Shown here in pieces: positions 1 to 9,981 of a DNA stretch of 41,425 nucleotides. Made by a program: the position numbers and the translations under genes. Under the pieces are notes generated by a model that saw only the letters and a list, made by a program, of their open reading frames with translations, had not been told where the DNA came from and ran no database searches. The stretch comes from a virus. Lineage: Duplodnaviria > Heunggongvirae > Uroviricota > Caudoviricetes. Each line of letters begins with the position of its first letter. Within the stretch, counting starts at the first letter, position 1. The DNA lies in the IMG/VR virus record IMGVR_UViG_2534681699_000016; one strand, written 5' to 3'.

Positions 1-255
1 GGGCGTCTTATGAGCCTGCTGTCACCCTTTGACGTGGTGATATGGATGACGGATGGCTGGCCGCTGTATGAATCCCGCCTGAAGGGAAAGCTGCACGTAA
101 TCAGCAAGCGATATACGCAGCGAATTGAGCGGCATAACCTGAATCTGAGGCAGCACCTGGCACGGCTGGGACGGAAGTCGCTGTCGTTCTCAAAATCGGT
201 GGAGCTGCATGACAAAGTCATCGGGCATTATCTGAACATAAAACACTCTCAATAA
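1..255 (+). CDS. insB: IS1 transposase InsB, C-terminal fragment (5' end outside window)
   Basis: Frame-1 translation [84 protein letters not shown] matches the InsB C-terminus; stop at 253..255. Confidence 0.85.
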   Translation, partial: GRLMSLLSPFDVVIWMTDGWPLYESRLKGKLHVISKRYTQRIERHNLNLRQHLARLGRKSLSFSKSVELHDKVIGHYLNIKHSQ

Positions 256-270
256 GTTAGAGTCATTACC
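1..270 (+). mobile_element. IS1 insertion sequence, 3' portion only (element continues upstream of window)
   Basis: Window begins inside IS1: translated frame matches InsB C-terminus, and the characteristic IS1 right terminus ...ataaaacactctcaataagttagagtcattacc ends at 270. Two or three base differences from the canonical IS1 copy I remember. Confidence 0.85.
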
Positions 271-352
271 CAGCTATATAAGAGATCAGCACAATTACGA
301 ACTCTTTATTACACTAACAGGATTTTACATATTTAACAGATTATCCTCAGAT

Positions 353-374
353 AAAAGGGCTGGAATACCAGCCC
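353..374 (-). terminator. Putative rho-independent terminator downstream of tdh
   Basis: Stem gggctgg (357..363) / ccagccc (368..374) with 4-nt loop; on the minus strand it is followed by a U-run (plus-strand aaaa 353..356) just after the tdh stop. Confidence 0.55.
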
Positions 375-383
375 TTGTTCGTG

Positions 384-1409
384 TTAATCCCAGCTCAGAA
401 TAACTTTCCCGGACTGGCCCGAACGCATAGCGTCAAAGCCCTTCTGGAAATCATCGATAGAGAAACGATGGGTAATGATCGGCGAAAGATCGAGGCCAGA
501 CTGAATCAGCGCCGCCATCTTGTACCAGGTTTCAAACATCTCACGACCGTAAATACCTTTAATGAACAAGCCTTTAAAGATCACTTTGGTCCAGTCGATA
601 GACATATCAGACGGCGGAATACCCAGCATCGCAATACGGCCGCCGTGGTTCATGTTGTCAAGCATGGTACGAAACGCTGGCGGCGCACCGGACATTTCCA
701 GACCGACATCAAAACCTTCGGTCATGCCTAACTCCGCCATCACGTCATTGAGATTTTCTTTGGCGACGTTAACCGCACGGGTGATACCCATTTTACGCGC
801 CAGCTCAAGGCGGTATTCGTTAACATCAGTGATCACCACATTGCGTGCACCAACGTGTTTCGCCACCGCCGCTGCCATAATACCAATCGGGCCTGCACCA
901 GAAACCAGCACATCCTCGCCAACCAGATCGAACGACAGCGCGGTATGCACGGCATTACCGAAGGGATCAAAAATGGAAGCCAGGTCGTCGGAGATATTGT
1001 CGGGAATTTTGAAGGCGTTGAACGCCGGGATCACCAGATATTCGGCGAAGCAGCCCGGGCGGTTAACGCCGACGCCGATCGTGTTGCGGCACAGATGGGT
1101 ACGACCGCCACGACAGTTGCGACAGTGACCGCAGGTGATATGGCCTTCGCCAGAAACGCGATCGCCAATCTTGAAGCCCTTCACTTCCTGACCAATACCT
1201 ACCACTTCACCGACATATTCATGGCCCACGACCATCGGCACCGGGATGGTTTTTTGCGACCACTCATCCCAGTTATAGATGTGAACGTCAGTCCCGCAGA
1301 TGGCTGTTTTACGGATTTTAATCAGCAGATCGTTATGCCCGAGTTCCGGTACAGGAACGTCGGTCATCCAGATGCCCTCTTCCGCTTTCAGTTTGGATAA
1401 CGCTTTCAT
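384..1409 (-). CDS. tdh: L-threonine 3-dehydrogenase (zinc-dependent alcohol dehydrogenase family)
   Basis: 341-aa ORF; recognised Tdh sequence with Zn-ADH motifs ([16 protein letters not shown]); directly downstream of kbl as in the kbl-tdh operon. Confidence 0.95.
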   Translation of the reverse strand: MKALSKLKAEEGIWMTDVPVPELGHNDLLIKIRKTAICGTDVHIYNWDEWSQKTIPVPMVVGHEYVGEVVGIGQEVKGFKIGDRVSGEGHITCGHCRNCRGGRTHLCRNTIGVGVNRPGCFAEYLVIPAFNAFKIPDNISDDLASIFDPFGNAVHTALSFDLVGEDVLVSGAGPIGIMAAAVAKHVGARNVVITDVNEYRLELARKMGITRAVNVAKENLNDVMAELGMTEGFDVGLEMSGAPPAFRTMLDNMNHGGRIAMLGIPPSDMSIDWTKVIFKGLFIKGIYGREMFETWYKMAALIQSGLDLSPIITHRFSIDDFQKGFDAMRSGQSGKVILSWD

Positions 1410-1418
1410 CTCACATCC

Positions 1419-2615
1419 TCAGGCGATAACGCCCAGTTGTTTACCAATACGCGTGAATGCTTCTACTGCACGCGTAATTTGCTCAGGGGTATGCGCCGCC
1501 GACATCTGGGTACGAATACGCGCCTGACCTTTCGGAACGACCGGATAGAAGAAACCGGTGACGTAAATGCCCTCTTTTTGCAGCTCACGGGCAAATTTCT
1601 GCGCCACTACCGCATCACCAAGCATGACCGGAATAATGGCGTGATCGGCTCCCGCCAGGGTAAAGCCCGCCGCCGACATTTGCCCACGGAACTGACGCGC
1701 GTTCGCCCACAGACGGTCACGCAACTCGCTACCCGCTTCAACCATCTCCAGCACTTTGATGGAAGCGGCGACAATCGCTGGTGCCAGCGAGTTGGAGAAC
1801 AGGTACGGACGAGAACGCTGGCGCAGCCACTCAACCACTTCTTTGCGCGCCGCGGTATAACCACCAGAAGCCCCGCCCAGCGCTTTACCGAGCGTGCCGG
1901 TGATGATGTCGACACGCCCCATCACATCGCAGTATTCATGGGAACCACGACCATTTTCACCGACAAAACCGACCGCGTGGGAGTCGTCTACCATCACCAG
2001 GGCATCGTATTTATCTGCCAGATCGCAAACGCCCTTCAGATTGGCAATCACGCCGTCCATCGAGAACACACCATCGGTGGCAATCAGCACATGACGCGCA
2101 CCGGCTTCACGCGCTTCTTTCAGACGAGCTTCAAGCTCCTGCATATCGTTGTTGGCATAGCGATAGCGTTTAGCTTTACACAGACGCACACCATCAATAA
2201 TAGACGCGTGGTTCAGTGCGTCGGAGATAATGGCGTCTTCCGCGCCCAGCAGCGTTTCAAACAGGCCACCGTTAGCATCAAAGCAGGAAGAGTAGAGAAT
2301 CGCATCTTCCATCCCCAGGAATGCCGCCAGTTTTTGTTCAAGCTCTTTATGGCTGTCCTGAGTGCCGCAAATAAAACGCACCGAAGCCATGCCGAAACCG
2401 TGAGAATCCATTCCCGCCTTTGCTGCCGCAATCAGATCCGGATGATTCGCCAGCCCGAGATAGTTGTTGGCACAAAAGTTAATGACGTGGCTTCCATCAG
2501 CCACGGTGATATCTGCTTGCTGCGCAGACGTAATAATGCGCTCTTCTTTAAACAACCCTTCCGCCCGTGCGGTTTCCAGATCGTTGGTTAACTGCTGATA
2601 AAATTCTCCACGCAT
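1419..2615 (-). CDS. kbl: 2-amino-3-ketobutyrate CoA ligase (glycine C-acetyltransferase), PLP-dependent
   Basis: 398-aa ORF recognised as Kbl (class-II aminotransferase fold, conserved lysine region TLGKALGG); 9 bp upstream of tdh on the same strand. Confidence 0.95.
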   Translation of the reverse strand: MRGEFYQQLTNDLETARAEGLFKEERIITSAQQADITVADGSHVINFCANNYLGLANHPDLIAAAKAGMDSHGFGMASVRFICGTQDSHKELEQKLAAFLGMEDAILYSSCFDANGGLFETLLGAEDAIISDALNHASIIDGVRLCKAKRYRYANNDMQELEARLKEAREAGARHVLIATDGVFSMDGVIANLKGVCDLADKYDALVMVDDSHAVGFVGENGRGSHEYCDVMGRVDIITGTLGKALGGASGGYTAARKEVVEWLRQRSRPYLFSNSLAPAIVAASIKVLEMVEAGSELRDRLWANARQFRGQMSAAGFTLAGADHAIIPVMLGDAVVAQKFARELQKEGIYVTGFFYPVVPKGQARIRTQMSAAHTPEQITRAVEAFTRIGKQLGVIA

Positions 2616-2828
2616 TGCGATTCTCCAGACAGGGCAAATTCCAGCACATATTACCCAAACTTATAGGTCGCGACGAGATAACGCGTTAACACTTCTGCAA
2701 AATTCAGGATAAATAACGTCCATCAATCTCACTTTTGGCGAATGGCTGAAGCCAACGCCGTGTAGTGATATGATAGAAGTATTCGTGTCTGAGATTGTCT
2801 CTGACTCCATAATTCGAAGGTTACAGTT

Positions 2829-3761
2829 ATGATCATCGTTACCGGCGGCGCGGGCTTTATCGGCAGCAACATCGTTAAGGCCCTGAATGATAAAGGCATC
2901 ACCGATATTCTGGTGGTGGACAACCTGAAAGACGGCACCAAGTTTGTGAACCTGGTGGATCTGGATATCGCGGACTATATGGATAAGGAAGACTTCCTGA
3001 TCCAGATTATGGCTGGCGAAGAGTTCGGCGATGTCGAAGCGATTTTCCACGAAGGCGCATGCTCTTCCACCACCGAGTGGGACGGCAAGTATATGATGGA
3101 TAACAACTATCAATACTCCAAGGAGCTGCTGCACTACTGCCTGGAGCGCGAAATCCCGTTCCTGTACGCTTCTTCCGCAGCCACCTACGGCGGACGCACC
3201 TCCGACTTTATTGAATCCCGCGAGTACGAAAAACCGTTGAACGTCTACGGTTACTCAAAATTCCTGTTTGATGAATATGTTCGCCAAATCCTGCCTGAAG
3301 CGAACTCGCAGATTGTTGGCTTCCGCTATTTCAACGTTTATGGACCGCGTGAAGGCCATAAAGGCAGCATGGCGAGCGTCGCTTTCCATCTCAACACTCA
3401 GCTTAACAAAGGTGAATCACCGAAGCTGTTTGAAGGTAGCGAGAACTTCAAACGTGACTTCGTCTATGTGGGCGACGTGGCAGATGTAAACCTGTGGTTC
3501 CTGGAAAATGGCGTTTCCGGTATCTTCAACCTCGGTACTGGTCGTGCGGAATCCTTCCAGGCCGTAGCAGATGCTACTCTGGCTTATCACAAGAAAGGCC
3601 AGATCGAATACATTCCGTTCCCGGATAAGCTGAAAGGCCGCTACCAGGCGTTCACTCAGGCAGATCTGACAAATCTGCGCGCGGCGGGTTACGACAAACC
3701 GTTCAAAACCGTTGCTGAAGGTGTAATGGAATACATGGCCTGGCTGAATCGCGACGCATAA
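2829..3761 (+). CDS. hldD: ADP-L-glycero-D-manno-heptose 6-epimerase
   Basis: 310-aa ORF, N-terminal Rossmann motif [16 protein letters not shown]; recognised HldD (RfaD) sequence; followed immediately by waaF and waaC. Confidence 0.95.
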   Translation: MIIVTGGAGFIGSNIVKALNDKGITDILVVDNLKDGTKFVNLVDLDIADYMDKEDFLIQIMAGEEFGDVEAIFHEGACSSTTEWDGKYMMDNNYQYSKELLHYCLEREIPFLYASSAATYGGRTSDFIESREYEKPLNVYGYSKFLFDEYVRQILPEANSQIVGFRYFNVYGPREGHKGSMASVAFHLNTQLNKGESPKLFEGSENFKRDFVYVGDVADVNLWFLENGVSGIFNLGTGRAESFQAVADATLAYHKKGQIEYIPFPDKLKGRYQAFTQADLTNLRAAGYDKPFKTVAEGVMEYMAWLNRDA

Positions 3762-3770
3762 GAGCTCTGC

Positions 3771-4817
3771 ATGAAAATACTGGTGATCGGCCCGTCTTGG
3801 GTTGGCGACATGATGATGTCGCAAAGTCTCTATCGCACGCTCCAGGCGCGCTATCCCCAGGCGATAATCGATGTGATGGCACCGGCATGGTGCCGTCCAT
3901 TATTATCGCGGATGCCGGAAGTTAACGAAGCTATCCCTATGCCTCTCGGTCACGGAGCGCTGGAAATCGGCGAACGCCGCAAACTGGGTCATAGCCTGCG
4001 TGAAAAGCGCTACGACCGCGCCTACGTCTTACCAAACTCCTTCAAATCTGCATTAGTGCCTTTCTTCGCGGGTATTCCTCATCGCACTGGCTGGCGCGGC
4101 GAGATGCGCTACGGTTTACTCAACGATGTACGCGTGCTCGATAAAGAAGCCTGGCCGCTAATGGTGGAACGCTATGTCGCGCTGGCCTATGACAAAGGCA
4201 TTATGCGTACCGCACAAGATCTGCCGCAGCCATTGTTATGGCCGCAGTTGCAGGTGAGCGAAGGTGAAAAATCATATACCTGTAATCAATTTTCGCTTTC
4301 ATCAGAACGTCCGATGATTGGCTTTTGCCCGGGTGCGGAGTTTGGTCCGGCAAAACGCTGGCCACACTACCACTATGCGGAGCTGGCAAAGCAGCTGATT
4401 GATGAAGGTTATCAGGTGGTTCTGTTTGGCTCTGCGAAAGATCATGAAGCGGGCAATGAGATTCTTGCCGCTTTGAATACCGAGCAGCAGGCATGGTGTC
4501 GGAACCTGGCGGGGGAAACACAGCTTGATCAAGCGGTTATCCTGATTGCAGCCTGTAAAGCCATTGTCACTAACGATTCTGGCCTAATGCACGTTGCGGC
4601 GGCGCTCAATCGTCCGCTGGTTGCCCTGTATGGTCCGAGTAGCCCGGACTTCACACCGCCGCTATCCCATAAAGCGCGCGTGATCCGTCTGATTACCGGC
4701 TATCACAAAGTGCGTAAAGGTGACGCTGCGGAGGGTTATCACCAGAGCTTGATCGACATTACTCCCCAGCGCGTACTGGAAGAACTCAACGCGCTATTGT
4801 TACAAGAGGAAGCCTGA
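3771..4817 (+). CDS. waaF: LPS heptosyltransferase II
   Basis: 348-aa ORF, GT9 heptosyltransferase; position between hldD and waaC; ATG at 3771. Confidence 0.93.
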   Translation: MKILVIGPSWVGDMMMSQSLYRTLQARYPQAIIDVMAPAWCRPLLSRMPEVNEAIPMPLGHGALEIGERRKLGHSLREKRYDRAYVLPNSFKSALVPFFAGIPHRTGWRGEMRYGLLNDVRVLDKEAWPLMVERYVALAYDKGIMRTAQDLPQPLLWPQLQVSEGEKSYTCNQFSLSSERPMIGFCPGAEFGPAKRWPHYHYAELAKQLIDEGYQVVLFGSAKDHEAGNEILAALNTEQQAWCRNLAGETQLDQAVILIAACKAIVTNDSGLMHVAAALNRPLVALYGPSSPDFTPPLSHKARVIRLITGYHKVRKGDAAEGYHQSLIDITPQRVLEELNALLLQEEA

Positions 4818-4820
4818 CGG

Positions 4821-5792
4821 ATGCGGGTTTTGATCGTTAAAACATCGTCGATGGGCGATGTTCTCCATACGTTGCCCGCACTCACTGATGCCCAGCAGGC
4901 AATCCCAGGGATTAAGTTTGACTGGGTGGTGGAAGAAGGGTTCGCACAGATTCCTTCCTGGCACGCTGCCGTTGAGCGAGTTATTCCTGTGGCAATACGT
5001 CGCTGGCGTAAAGCCTGGTTCTCGGCCCCCATAAAAGCTGAACGCAAAGCGTTTCGTGAAGCGCTACAAGCAGAGAACTATGACGCAGTTATCGATGCTC
5101 AGGGGCTGGTAAAAAGCGCGGCGCTGGTGACGCGTCTGGCGCATGGCGTAAAGCATGGATTGGACTGGCAAACCGCTCGCGAACCGTTAGCCAGCCTGTT
5201 TTACAATCGTAAGCATCATATTGCAAAACAGCAGCACGCCGTAGAACGCACCCGCGAACTGTTTGCCAAAAGTCTGGGCTATAGCAAACCGCAAACCCAG
5301 GGCGATTATGCTATTGCACAGCATTTCCTGACGAACCTGCCTACAGATGCTGGCGAATATGCCGTATTTCTTCATGCGACGACCCGTGATGATAAACACT
5401 GGCCGGAAGAACACTGGCGAGAATTGATTGGTTTACTGGCTGATTCAGGAATACGGATTAAACTTCCGTGGGGCGCGCCGCATGAGGAAGAACGGGCGAA
5501 ACGACTGGCGGAAGGATTTGCTTATGTTGAAGTATTGCCGAAGATGAGTCTGGAAGGCGTTGCCCGCGTGCTGGCCGGGGCTAAATTTGTAGTGTCAGTG
5601 GATACGGGGTTAAGCCATTTAACAGCGGCACTGGATAGACCCAATATCACGGTTTATGGACCTACCGATCCGGGATTAATTGGTGGGTATGGGAAGAATC
5701 AGATGGTTTGTAGGGCTCCGGGGAATGAGTTGTCTCAATTGACAGCAAATGCTGTTAAGCGGTTCATTGAAGAAAACGCTGCCATGATTTAA
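4821..5792 (+). CDS. waaC: LPS heptosyltransferase I
   Basis: 323-aa ORF, GT9 family, starts 4 bp after the waaF stop; recognised WaaC sequence. Confidence 0.93.
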   Translation: MRVLIVKTSSMGDVLHTLPALTDAQQAIPGIKFDWVVEEGFAQIPSWHAAVERVIPVAIRRWRKAWFSAPIKAERKAFREALQAENYDAVIDAQGLVKSAALVTRLAHGVKHGLDWQTAREPLASLFYNRKHHIAKQQHAVERTRELFAKSLGYSKPQTQGDYAIAQHFLTNLPTDAGEYAVFLHATTRDDKHWPEEHWRELIGLLADSGIRIKLPWGAPHEEERAKRLAEGFAYVEVLPKMSLEGVARVLAGAKFVVSVDTGLSHLTAALDRPNITVYGPTDPGLIGGYGKNQMVCRAPGNELSQLTANAVKRFIEENAAMI

Positions 5793-5823
5793 ATTACAAC
5801 TCTTTAATAGATAATTTTGAAAT

Positions 5824-5852
5824 AAAATCAGCTTCCTTGCTGATTTTATTTC
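5824..5852. terminator. Bidirectional intrinsic terminator between convergent waaC and waaL
   Basis: Perfect 9-bp stem aaaatcagc (5824..5832) / gctgatttt (5839..5847) with 6-nt loop, flanked by A-run on one side and T-run on the other; lies in the 69-bp gap between the convergent stops. Confidence 0.6.
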
Positions 5853-5861
5853 ACATATTCA

Positions 5862-7115
5862 TTACTTCTCTAATAAACATTGGTCCGATTGTGCTTTAAA
5901 ATAAGCACAAAGCAATATTATGGTGATAAACACAGCAGTCGGAACCGGTTTAGAAAAGAGTATTACATCACTTAGTCCTACTACCAGTAGTGAAAAAAGC
6001 AAGATTAAAATATAAGGTTCTTTAGCAGTTCTTAAGGCATATATGAGTATTGCTGAAAATGCTAAAATTGTTAATACAACTCCAGGAATACCACGCGTTG
6101 ATAACGTATCTATGAGATCGTTATGCAAATGAGAATCTACATAGGGTAAAGCGCCACTCAATCTAGGCTCTTTTTCTTCTAGTTCATGTATTTTTTCCGC
6201 ACGTTTTTCCAGTGATTGTCCTATTGGAGAATATGTTTTTAAGCCAACTTCATACATTGCCAGACGGGCACCGACTGAAGTTCTGGTGTTATCATGCGAA
6301 TAATTAACTAAATCGTTATTTAAGTCATTCATTCTCATAAGCAATGTATCTTTAAAAGAAAATACACCTGCTAATAATGCAATCGTAATAAAACAATATA
6401 ACTTATAATTAATTCGCTTATTAATATAACTATCCATTACGATTAATATTAACGCAAAGAATGGAAACACTAATATGGCTGCACGCGTCTCAGTTACTAT
6501 GACAGCACATAAGCTAAGCATGAAGTTAATTGTATATAATGTTGTTTTATGTCTAAAGTCGGATTTTAAAATGAGAATTGATGCCAGTAAAGAAGGAAAA
6601 AGGATGATGTAGCCTGCTGTTGTAGCGTGGGAAGCTGATAATGCAACACGGTCGACGTTTAAATAGAAATGTTGCCACATGGCATGCGCAAAAAAAAGTA
6701 ACTGCGTTGCCAGGGATGCGAACAGAATTAGTTTCCCAAATTTTATTTTTGTTCTCATCTCATTTTTAGCAAAAAGAACTAAGAAAATAAAAGCGCTACA
6801 CAAGGCAATTTTTCCAGTTTCCATTGGGCCACGATATGCATTGGTATAAACAGAGCCTGAAATTTTATAATGTGAATACCAGATGATATTTACGATACCC
6901 AAAAGACATAATGAGATGAAAATTAACAAAGTAGGATTATTAGTTATTGTTTTTTTTGGTGTCACAAGAAAATACAATGCAGATATAATTCCAGCTGCAT
7001 GAAGAAACTTTGTTGCAACATCATCCCATAAAGACAAAGTCATTAAAGAAAAAATACATAATATGAGAATTAAAGACTTTATACCAGAATTAATTTCATT
7101 CCAACAAAACGACAT
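5862..7115 (-). CDS. waaL: O-antigen ligase (lipid A-core surface polymer ligase)
   Basis: 417-aa highly hydrophobic polytopic membrane protein, AT-rich, at the position waaL occupies at the end of the outer-core operon; sequence is low-conservation as expected for core-type-specific WaaL. Confidence 0.85.
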   Translation of the reverse strand: MSFCWNEINSGIKSLILILCIFSLMTLSLWDDVATKFLHAAGIISALYFLVTPKKTITNNPTLLIFISLCLLGIVNIIWYSHYKISGSVYTNAYRGPMETGKIALCSAFIFLVLFAKNEMRTKIKFGKLILFASLATQLLFFAHAMWQHFYLNVDRVALSASHATTAGYIILFPSLLASILILKSDFRHKTTLYTINFMLSLCAVIVTETRAAILVFPFFALILIVMDSYINKRINYKLYCFITIALLAGVFSFKDTLLMRMNDLNNDLVNYSHDNTRTSVGARLAMYEVGLKTYSPIGQSLEKRAEKIHELEEKEPRLSGALPYVDSHLHNDLIDTLSTRGIPGVVLTILAFSAILIYALRTAKEPYILILLFSLLVVGLSDVILFSKPVPTAVFITIILLCAYFKAQSDQCLLEK

Positions 7116-7160
7116 ATAGTTTCAACCTATGCTACGAGGATGGGTTATTTAATGCAAGAT

Positions 7161-8144
7161 CTAACGTTTATTCTTTTTTCTATTTACCAGTCTTACCATC
7201 CTCCAGATAATATAATTTTTTGATGCTAATATTTTTGCTCGTCTCTTATCTCTCTTGCCAGGAAGATTACAATCTTTTAATTCTTTTTCATTGCTTTCAA
7301 CTAATTGATTCAATTGTTTAAAATCACCATTAAGTAGAACATTCCACAAATAACGAGTTTTATGATAAGCTCTATTTTGACTCAATAATGTATGAATTTC
7401 TTCTTTCCGGTTACCTTTGTATAACTGCATCACAGAAGAGTAGATTTTTTCGTGCACAAATGACTCATGTCGATAATGAGTGATGGTTCTACATGAGTTC
7501 ATTAAGGAATTTTCTCTATAGTTATGCTTATACATATAATATGGAACCGCATACATATCGCATGTAATTAGCAGTCGATAGATAAAATCCAGATCTTCTC
7601 CTAGTCGTAAATCTTCATCAAAAAAAAGATTATTCTCTTCCAGAAGTTGTTTTCTTATAAACAAGCACCCTATATGGAATCTAACCTTTTTATAAAAAAA
7701 GTCGAAAAGTAAAGATCCTTCATTAAACTCTGTATTTATAGGTGAGTAAGTAACACCATTTTTTATATGATGGCCATAAAGCCCACAATAAATGGCATCT
7801 CCTCCCGTCTCATGTTGTCTGGAATACATCTTCAGCAGATAGTTAGGATCTATCTCATCATCATCATCCATAAAACATATAAACTGTCCTTGCGCCTTGC
7901 GGATACCTGTATTCCTGGCAGACGAAACACCGCCATTTTCTTTATTGATAATAATTAATCGAGAGTGGGTTAACCCATACTCTCTCAAAACGTTTGATGT
8001 GTTGTCTTTAGAACCATCATTAACAATAACAATTTCAAAATTTGGGTAAGTTTGTTTTTCTAATTTCGTTAGAGTTTCAGTAATGTAATCAGATGAATTA
8101 TACGTCGGTATTATTATGGATACTAAAGGGTAATCATTGCTCAT
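7161..8144 (-). CDS. waaV: Family-2 glycosyltransferase, R1-core-type beta-glucosyltransferase WaaV-like
   Basis: 327-aa ORF with GT-A N-terminal motif SIIIPTYNSSDYI, VNDGSKDNT and an acidic DDDD (DXD-like) motif; located between waaW and waaL as in R1-type loci. Confidence 0.75.
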   Translation of the reverse strand: MSNDYPLVSIIIPTYNSSDYITETLTKLEKQTYPNFEIVIVNDGSKDNTSNVLREYGLTHSRLIIINKENGGVSSARNTGIRKAQGQFICFMDDDDEIDPNYLLKMYSRQHETGGDAIYCGLYGHHIKNGVTYSPINTEFNEGSLLFDFFYKKVRFHIGCLFIRKQLLEENNLFFDEDLRLGEDLDFIYRLLITCDMYAVPYYMYKHNYRENSLMNSCRTITHYRHESFVHEKIYSSVMQLYKGNRKEEIHTLLSQNRAYHKTRYLWNVLLNGDFKQLNQLVESNEKELKDCNLPGKRDKRRAKILASKNYIIWRMVRLVNRKKNKR

Positions 8145-8228
8145 CGTGTTCTCTTGCCTGAACTAATAAAATATGATAGTACTCATCCTTAATTATTATT
8201 GTAACTCAGACATCCATGATTTTTATTA

Positions 8229-9254
8229 TTACCCAAATGGTTTTCTTTTATACTTATTTAATTTAAATTTAATGAAGTAAATAAAAGCGTTAAACGTATC
8301 ACCATTTTTCTTTGCATGTTGATATTTCACTTGATACTGCTTTTCATTCGTGGCTGGAATAAACGCCACATCATTCCAGCAAGAAGCCTGATAAGCCTCA
8401 TTAAAATAGTTCTGGCAGGGATAATTCGTCCAGTCGTTCCAGGGCTTCGTTACGCCAACATAATGAATCAGCTTAGTATCATCGGTAATGGTCTTTTTAT
8501 AATCTTCATCGCTTTTATTTTTTAACTCATAATCGATGCCATAAAAGCAATCATAATCGCCGCTAATAAAAATACAATGACCAAAAAACAGAATATTTAA
8601 AATATCCTGATCAAGGCATTTATACTTCGTGTGCTGCGGGTCACTTGCCAGCATAGCAATGGCTTTATTCATAAAATCATTTTTCGCCCATGCTTCAAGC
8701 TGCAGATATACTACACCGGCGTTGAAATAATTCCCTGGAAGTCCCTCTATAGCCAGACGCTTCGCTGGTTTTTCCTGCATAAAAGGCACATCTTTAATAA
8801 CAGCTGCAAACTTATCCCCATCAAAATTAATATCAAGCAATCCAGCTAATGAGCCTTTACAGATGACATCAGCATCGATATATAACAGATTTTCAATAGT
8901 TTCACTCAGATACTGGAACGCAACTAAACGGAAGAATGTTGCATAAGACCACTGTTTCAGGCTGGGGAAGATATCAATAAAGGCATTGGAGACTTTATAA
9001 ATTCTTACTTCAACGTTAGCATTTTTGCTGGTAAAAGCATTAACACGTTGTAGATAATCTTCATCAATGTAGTCGGTAAAGAGATGAAACTTAACCGCAA
9101 GGTCCGGGTTATGCATAACAACTGATTGCATAGATACTGCCGCACCAAATAAAAAGTTACGGTCAATACCGTAAGCGATATTTAACACACGATCGGTGTT
9201 AGCAATTTCCCCAGAGACAGCGACTTCAGTAATACTCTCAGCTAATAAATCCAT
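8229..9254 (-). CDS. waaW: Family-8 LPS alpha-1,2-glycosyltransferase (R1 outer core, WaaW-like)
   Basis: 341-aa ORF sharing GT8 motifs with the two paralogs downstream (NIAYGIDRNFLFGAAVS, YIDADV, FNAGVVY, LIHYVGVTKPW). Confidence 0.75.
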   Translation of the reverse strand: MDLLAESITEVAVSGEIANTDRVLNIAYGIDRNFLFGAAVSMQSVVMHNPDLAVKFHLFTDYIDEDYLQRVNAFTSKNANVEVRIYKVSNAFIDIFPSLKQWSYATFFRLVAFQYLSETIENLLYIDADVICKGSLAGLLDINFDGDKFAAVIKDVPFMQEKPAKRLAIEGLPGNYFNAGVVYLQLEAWAKNDFMNKAIAMLASDPQHTKYKCLDQDILNILFFGHCIFISGDYDCFYGIDYELKNKSDEDYKKTITDDTKLIHYVGVTKPWNDWTNYPCQNYFNEAYQASCWNDVAFIPATNEKQYQVKYQHAKKNGDTFNAFIYFIKFKLNKYKRKPFG

Positions 9255-9279
9255 GTTGGTTCCGTTTTGACTGTGTGGT

Positions 9280-9972
9280 TTACGCTTTGCCTTTTAATTT
9301 TTTAATAAATTTGCGTAGTTTGGTTCTGTAGATTACTGAATAGTAGCCATAATCTTTTATTTCGTTGGCAATACCCAGGTGACGTTCCATGGCCAGACGA
9401 TCACGAGCTTTACGCTCTGCCGTACAGCTTTTACCGGATAGGTCAATTATCCTGACACCATCTTTACTAACGATAAAATTACCCCGGTGTGGGTCGCCCG
9501 ATAGCATATTTAAGGCATGCAATTTTTCCATTGAAGCCTTAATTTCTGCTTTAACATTTTCTGGAATAATCGGCATATCATTGAGCTCTACGCCCTCGAC
9601 ATACTCGATAAGCATGATAAAAACACTGGCATAGTTGAAAATTTTACGCTCAGCCAGAAAATAAAAATCATTAGGAAAAGTAAGACCTGCACTTCTGACA
9701 CGATCGGTTTCAACGATCAAATTCTGATAGTAGTCACCTTTTACAAAAGATTTTAAAAAACGTTCATTCCTTTTCGTTTTCGGAGCAAAGACTTTAAAAA
9801 CATAGCGACCATATTTCGTATCAATCAACGATACTTTGGTATCATCAATATTACGTAATACTTTTACTGTTTTAAAATTATAGGCCGGTATTTCATCAAA
9901 GATTTCTTTATATTTATTATCATTATCTTTGTAATAAAATGAGAAGCCGCGATAACGTATACTTGTAATCAT
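9280..9972 (-). CDS. waaY: LPS core heptose II kinase
   Basis: 230-aa ORF between two GT8 genes; contains kinase catalytic-loop-like motif GDPHRGNFIV; size and position match waaY. Confidence 0.8.
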   Translation of the reverse strand: MITSIRYRGFSFYYKDNDNKYKEIFDEIPAYNFKTVKVLRNIDDTKVSLIDTKYGRYVFKVFAPKTKRNERFLKSFVKGDYYQNLIVETDRVRSAGLTFPNDFYFLAERKIFNYASVFIMLIEYVEGVELNDMPIIPENVKAEIKASMEKLHALNMLSGDPHRGNFIVSKDGVRIIDLSGKSCTAERKARDRLAMERHLGIANEIKDYGYYSVIYRTKLRKFIKKLKGKA

Positions 9973-9981
9973 AAGAGTAAT

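Noticed and set aside
375-1400. Plus-strand ORFs of 118, 188 and 181 aa overlapping tdh
   Set aside because: All lie within the confidently identified tdh gene on the opposite strand; compositionally biased shadow frames.
1437-2591. 384-aa ORF on the plus strand antisense to kbl
   Set aside because: Completely overlaps the recognised kbl gene on the opposite strand; Arg/His-rich composition typical of antisense frames.
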